Below are positions 25,547-29,308 of a stretch of DNA of 29,308 nucleotides, one piece after another (position 1 is the stretch's first letter; each line of letters starts with the position of its first letter). The translations under genes and the position numbers were made by a program. Source of the stretch: a virus (Duplodnaviria > Caudoviricetes); the IMG/VR virus record IMGVR_UViG_3300020599_000116, positions 1 to 29,308 of that record. The stretch is one strand, 5' to 3'. The notes under the pieces are model-generated. The model had not been told where the DNA came from and did not search any database. It was given only the letters and a program-made list of their open reading frames with translations.

Positions 25547-26225
25547 ATACCTATTTTCTTTGAAGTATGAAGCTATTAGCGGGATGCTGTAGCACGGCGA
25601 GATGCCAAAAAAACCAATTTGATTTCCTTTTTCTTAGCACCAGTCACGCGACAGGTAGCATTTAATCCTTTGGGACATTGACCTTTGTGGTTATCGAAGC
25701 CTTATTCAGGCTCATTCTCCAACGTGTGAACTGTGTCATTTTTTATGGAAGCATAAGTGGGTGCTTCGGATCAACGATCTTTGGATCGATAACAAATGAC
25801 GGGCCTTTGGGTCAACGGAAAACAAACAGGTGTAAGGTTGTGCACGTCTATGAAACTCGAAGCTATAAACGATTTCATACGGACGAAGACACCAACTGAC
25901 CAATAAAAATGGATAAGGTGAAGTCTGCTTTTAAGCAGTGTACACCAATCAGACCATGTGTAAATGAGGACTGCCTTTGTGCAGTGGACGTTCAATGGAC
26001 TGTGAATGAAGAAAAGATGAGATGATTTTTAACTCTCCCTTTTTTCGTTCCAGTCCATTTTTATTTGGTCAGAATTCGAAGAAGTTCTCTGTTTTACCAC
26101 ACTCCTTAATGGTATCCTCACCTCCATTAAGGCATGGCAGGGAACAGATAGGTGAGTTCAGATAGATTTATTGTTCCAGCTTTACGGATTGCAGGCGCCG
26201 TTACAGCCGATCGCCAGCCGGGGGC
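25547..26225 (+). ncRNA. 5' part of a candidate large structured RNA/leader of the tyrosine recombinase
   Basis: TATAAT at 25535-40, then dense hairpins, long-range pairing 25896-913 with 26054-72, and a possible pseudoknot at 26104-26156. Confidence 0.5.
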
Positions 26226-26262
26226 GGGGTTCAGCCGAGATACGTGTAAAAATGGGTCATAG
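26226..26262 (+). repeat. Tn3 terminal inverted repeat (37 bp)
   Basis: Starts GGGG, is the perfect inverse of 1641-1677, and is preceded by the GGGGC TSD at 26221-25. Confidence 0.95.
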
Positions 26263-26298
26263 CGTGGATATTATTTCCAGTTTGTGACCCTGTTTGAT

Positions 26299-29247
26299 TT
26301 ATACCGGAATTTCTCCTTCTATCGGTGGGGGCACATTATCTAAATCAAGTACATATTCACCAAATCGTTTAATATGTCTGGTAAGATAGGGACTGAGCAT
26401 GAATAGATCTTCTCGTGAGAACGTATATCCTTCGTTTATCAATCCCCACAAGATCATCGTCATATCAACCACGTTTTGGAAAATCACCGCGTTAGCTACG
26501 AGATCATTGTATTTAATACGCTTTTCCTGTTCTTCCGGGTCATTTTCGGAAATAACGCCATCTCCACCAAAGAAAAACCATTTAGAGAACCCGTTATATG
26601 CCTCCACTTTGTTTGTACTTGCGTTTATTTGTTTTCTTAATTTTATGTCAGAGATATATCTGAGCAAAAACACGGTTCTTACCACTCGACCAAGCTCTCT
26701 AAATGCTTGATATAAGCGATTTTTCTTACTGTCATTACTCAGTTTCCTAAGTAGAGTGGAAGGGAGGACTTTACCGGCTTTAATCGACAAGACCACCTGC
26801 ATGAGATCCTGCCAGTGTGTCTCAAGCAGATCCCAGTCAATCACGTCACTAAATAGCGGATCAATATGTTCATAACGAGCATCTTTATGAGGACGAAAGA
26901 ACTTCAGATCCTTCCAGTTGCGAATCCTAGGCATCAGATTGATTCCAAGGAGATGAGTTAGAGCGAAAACGGGTGTGGATTGACCTTGTGTATCGGCATG
27001 TAAGGTGTCTGGTTGTATATCAGATTGATTTTTGAGTAGTCCATCAATAATGTACACGGCTTCCCAAACCCCACAGGGTATGAAGTGGCTAAATAATGCA
27101 ATGTAATTATCCGAAACATGGTGATATGCAATGCCGCCATAACCACCATAACGAATATGGTATTCAGATAATAAATTTTCTTCGTATAAGTCATACTTTG
27201 TACCGTCCGCGGCAACAGTTGTACCATCTCCCCAAAGTTTGGGCAGACTGAATTGGTTGTAATGATTTAAAATATCCCGAATAGCTTGATCGATCTTTTG
27301 GGCGGAAACGTGGCGACGATTCACAAAAGAAATCATATGCGGCGTTACGGCATTCTTCATATGTTTAGATGTCTGGGCGGGACCCAGGTTGCACCCATAT
27401 CCAAAAGAAGTGATGAGATATCGTTCTTTTGCCTGTTCGAGTTTAGGATCTGATCCCGATAACGGACCAAAGTGCCTTGTCCATCGAGTCCAGTGTTCCA
27501 CATTACATAATACATCGAGAATGTTTCGTTCCGGTAACCGTTGAACAATAGTAGATTCTAATTCTTTACTCGATGGAGAGGGATCCTTGCGTACCAATCG
27601 TTTCAGAACAGGTTCCCCAGCTTCGTTAATCAATACCTGTCCGTTATCTGGGTAATTCAAATCCACCGTTTCGGCTGTTTCGGTTAACCATTGTTTTAGT
27701 TGGTCAACAAAATCTGAAGTTGATGATGGAAAGCCCAGTTCTTCGCAGTAATCAGTCACCATCGCTTCGCATTCTTTCCATGAAAGCAGTTGATCCCGAT
27801 AATCTGCATAGTTCTCTGAGCCTTTTACACAAAGATCACCCGTTTTTAATTCGGAAGCAAGACTGGAAAAGATACAGATTTCAAGATGTTTTCGATGGAT
27901 TAAACCCGTGTCTTTCCCAACATAAACGGTATTTCTCCATTGTTCGTTAACAAAAGAAAGATCCAAATCTGATTGAAAATACTCGATCTTACGATTTTCA
28001 TGATCCAGAAGAAACTGCAAAGCATGGGCAAGAGAACGATCTTGAGTGGTAGAATCAATTTCAATCATTTTGACTAAGCGGTATAGAGATTTTCTATGGC
28101 TCTTATAAAACTTCCATAATAAGGGGAAATAATTATTCCCGTTATAAGAGGAAACGGATTCGCAATCGCTTTTCAATGCATCAATACCGCCTTTGGCCAT
28201 AATTAATTCCTTCACCTTTTTACCAGCTGAAGCATCATCATCATGGATGTTTGTTGCTTCTAGGACCTCGGTTAAAATGGAAATAAGATTTTCAGTCTTT
28301 GATCGGTGCTGTTCTCTAATCAGTTCTAATTCTTCTTTGCCTTTCTTATGGATGGTTCTGATCCTTTTAATAAACATCTCTACCAAATTGTCTATGGTAG
28401 TGACCTGTGATCGATGAATCATACATAATAACAACATGTAACGCTTTGGAGGCGAAAAATCCTTGATTTCTGCAGCATCTAATGCCCGAGCTTCTGAAGC
28501 AAAATGTTTAATCTTTGAATTGGAGATATCCTTCAATAAACGATGTATATCTACGATAAAGGACGTTAACCAAGATAATCTGGTTTGAAGGTCTTTCATA
28601 TGAGAAAGAGACGGGCTTTTGGGCAAATCCTTAAGGTAATGATAATCAGATTTTCGTTTTTGATCAGAGGTTTCCAATAGTTCATCCAGTTTATGTTTTT
28701 CTTCATTAGATAATCGAGCGAGAACCGTGTGAAATAATCGATAGTTGACAAGTGTCCTTACCCGGCGGGTCAGTCGATCCAGTGTACTGAAAGCCGGCAG
28801 TTCACATTGTTCTTTGATCAATTCAGCAATGGCAACGTTGATAAGGTCAGCAGGATTATCCATCACTTGTGCTGCTTTATAGATTGCGGATGTCGCTATA
28901 TGCAAAGCCTCTTTACCGTACGGAGTAACATTTAAATACTCACGTATGGCCTTTTGATGACGATATAGGGATTTACTCTGAAAATTAGGCTCTATCTCCG
29001 AAGGCAAATTTAAGCAGCTACGTACATGGTTAATAACTGCTACGGGAATATCTTTTGGACGAGGAAAGTATCCTAAACGATGGAAAGACTTCAACAAAAC
29101 CAAAAGACTAAGTACGGGTACGGAACCACGAGCTACACGATGTGCAAATCGATTCTCATCGGGAGTTACGGAGTAAATATCACGAAGTTCTTTGACGGTT
29201 GGATTTCTCTTAAATCTTGGATAAGCTGTTCGTTCAATGGATGCCAA
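26299..29247 (-). CDS. tnpA: Tn3-family transposase TnpA, 982 aa
   Basis: AADGTK, HADTQGQS, LMPRIRN, LYQAFRELGRVVRTVFLLRY and NKVEAYN motifs; intact ORF with a GGGAG RBS just after the tnpR stop. Confidence 0.97.
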   Translation of the reverse strand: MASIERTAYPRFKRNPTVKELRDIYSVTPDENRFAHRVARGSVPVLSLLVLLKSFHRLGYFPRPKDIPVAVINHVRSCLNLPSEIEPNFQSKSLYRHQKAIREYLNVTPYGKEALHIATSAIYKAAQVMDNPADLINVAIAELIKEQCELPAFSTLDRLTRRVRTLVNYRLFHTVLARLSNEEKHKLDELLETSDQKRKSDYHYLKDLPKSPSLSHMKDLQTRLSWLTSFIVDIHRLLKDISNSKIKHFASEARALDAAEIKDFSPPKRYMLLLCMIHRSQVTTIDNLVEMFIKRIRTIHKKGKEELELIREQHRSKTENLISILTEVLEATNIHDDDASAGKKVKELIMAKGGIDALKSDCESVSSYNGNNYFPLLWKFYKSHRKSLYRLVKMIEIDSTTQDRSLAHALQFLLDHENRKIEYFQSDLDLSFVNEQWRNTVYVGKDTGLIHRKHLEICIFSSLASELKTGDLCVKGSENYADYRDQLLSWKECEAMVTDYCEELGFPSSTSDFVDQLKQWLTETAETVDLNYPDNGQVLINEAGEPVLKRLVRKDPSPSSKELESTIVQRLPERNILDVLCNVEHWTRWTRHFGPLSGSDPKLEQAKERYLITSFGYGCNLGPAQTSKHMKNAVTPHMISFVNRRHVSAQKIDQAIRDILNHYNQFSLPKLWGDGTTVAADGTKYDLYEENLLSEYHIRYGGYGGIAYHHVSDNYIALFSHFIPCGVWEAVYIIDGLLKNQSDIQPDTLHADTQGQSTPVFALTHLLGINLMPRIRNWKDLKFFRPHKDARYEHIDPLFSDVIDWDLLETHWQDLMQVVLSIKAGKVLPSTLLRKLSNDSKKNRLYQAFRELGRVVRTVFLLRYISDIKLRKQINASTNKVEAYNGFSKWFFFGGDGVISENDPEEQEKRIKYNDLVANAVIFQNVVDMTMILWGLINEGYTFSREDLFMLSPYLTRHIKRFGEYVLDLDNVPPPIEGEIPV

Positions 29248-29308
29248 TTCAACTGTCTCCCTTAGTTTCCTTTCTTTAGATACTTATAAAGTGTGGACGG
29301 TGAAATTC
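29182..29308. repeat. Terminal direct repeat, copy 2
   Basis: Identical to 1-127. Confidence 0.95.

Larger units (their letters stand above)
26226..29308 (-). mobile_element. Tn3-family transposon, part 1
   Basis: IR plus tnpA; continues through the junction to 1677. Confidence 0.93.

Noticed and set aside
25678-25995. ORFs 25678-25899 (+) and 25771-25995 (-)
   Set aside because: No clear RBS or protein motif; they overlap each other and lie within the hairpin-dense region.
29182-29308. Biological terminal repeat or att site
   Set aside because: It is exactly 127 bp and cuts through tnpR/tnpA coding sequence, so it is best explained as an assembly overlap.

Overview
This is a circular element of about 29.18 kb from a Bacilli-type (Bacillota) host. 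Bases 1-127 are identical to 29182-29308, an assembler overlap. (1) A complete 4,633-bp Tn3-family transposon wraps the contig junction (26226..end/1..1677). It has 37-bp IRs, a GGGGC target duplication, tnpA, tnpR, res and an Hsp20 cargo gene. It is inserted into a ~900-nt, hairpin-rich non-coding leader of a tyrosine recombinase. (2) A phage-satellite-like module carries divergent regulators, a primase/SF3 helicase with an iteron origin, a lambda-like cos site (cosQ-cosN-cosB), a Nu1-like small terminase, a tail assembly chaperone with an intact -1 frameshift, and a tape measure protein. It has no large terminase, portal, capsid, tail tube/sheath or lysis genes. (3) A DUF559 / FtsK / replication-relaxation module. 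(4) A type I toxin-antitoxin locus missing from the ORF track. (5) An array of single-gene cassettes separated by related AAAGCACC...GGTGCTTT hairpins, including a PemK/MazF-like toxin with a candidate sRNA. (6) A phage/plasmid early operon with a second, iteron-containing replication initiator. The leading hypothesis is a plasmid-like satellite that hijacks cos packaging of a helper phage and supplies its own tail ruler and chaperones. All family calls come from motif recognition by eye; no database searches were run.
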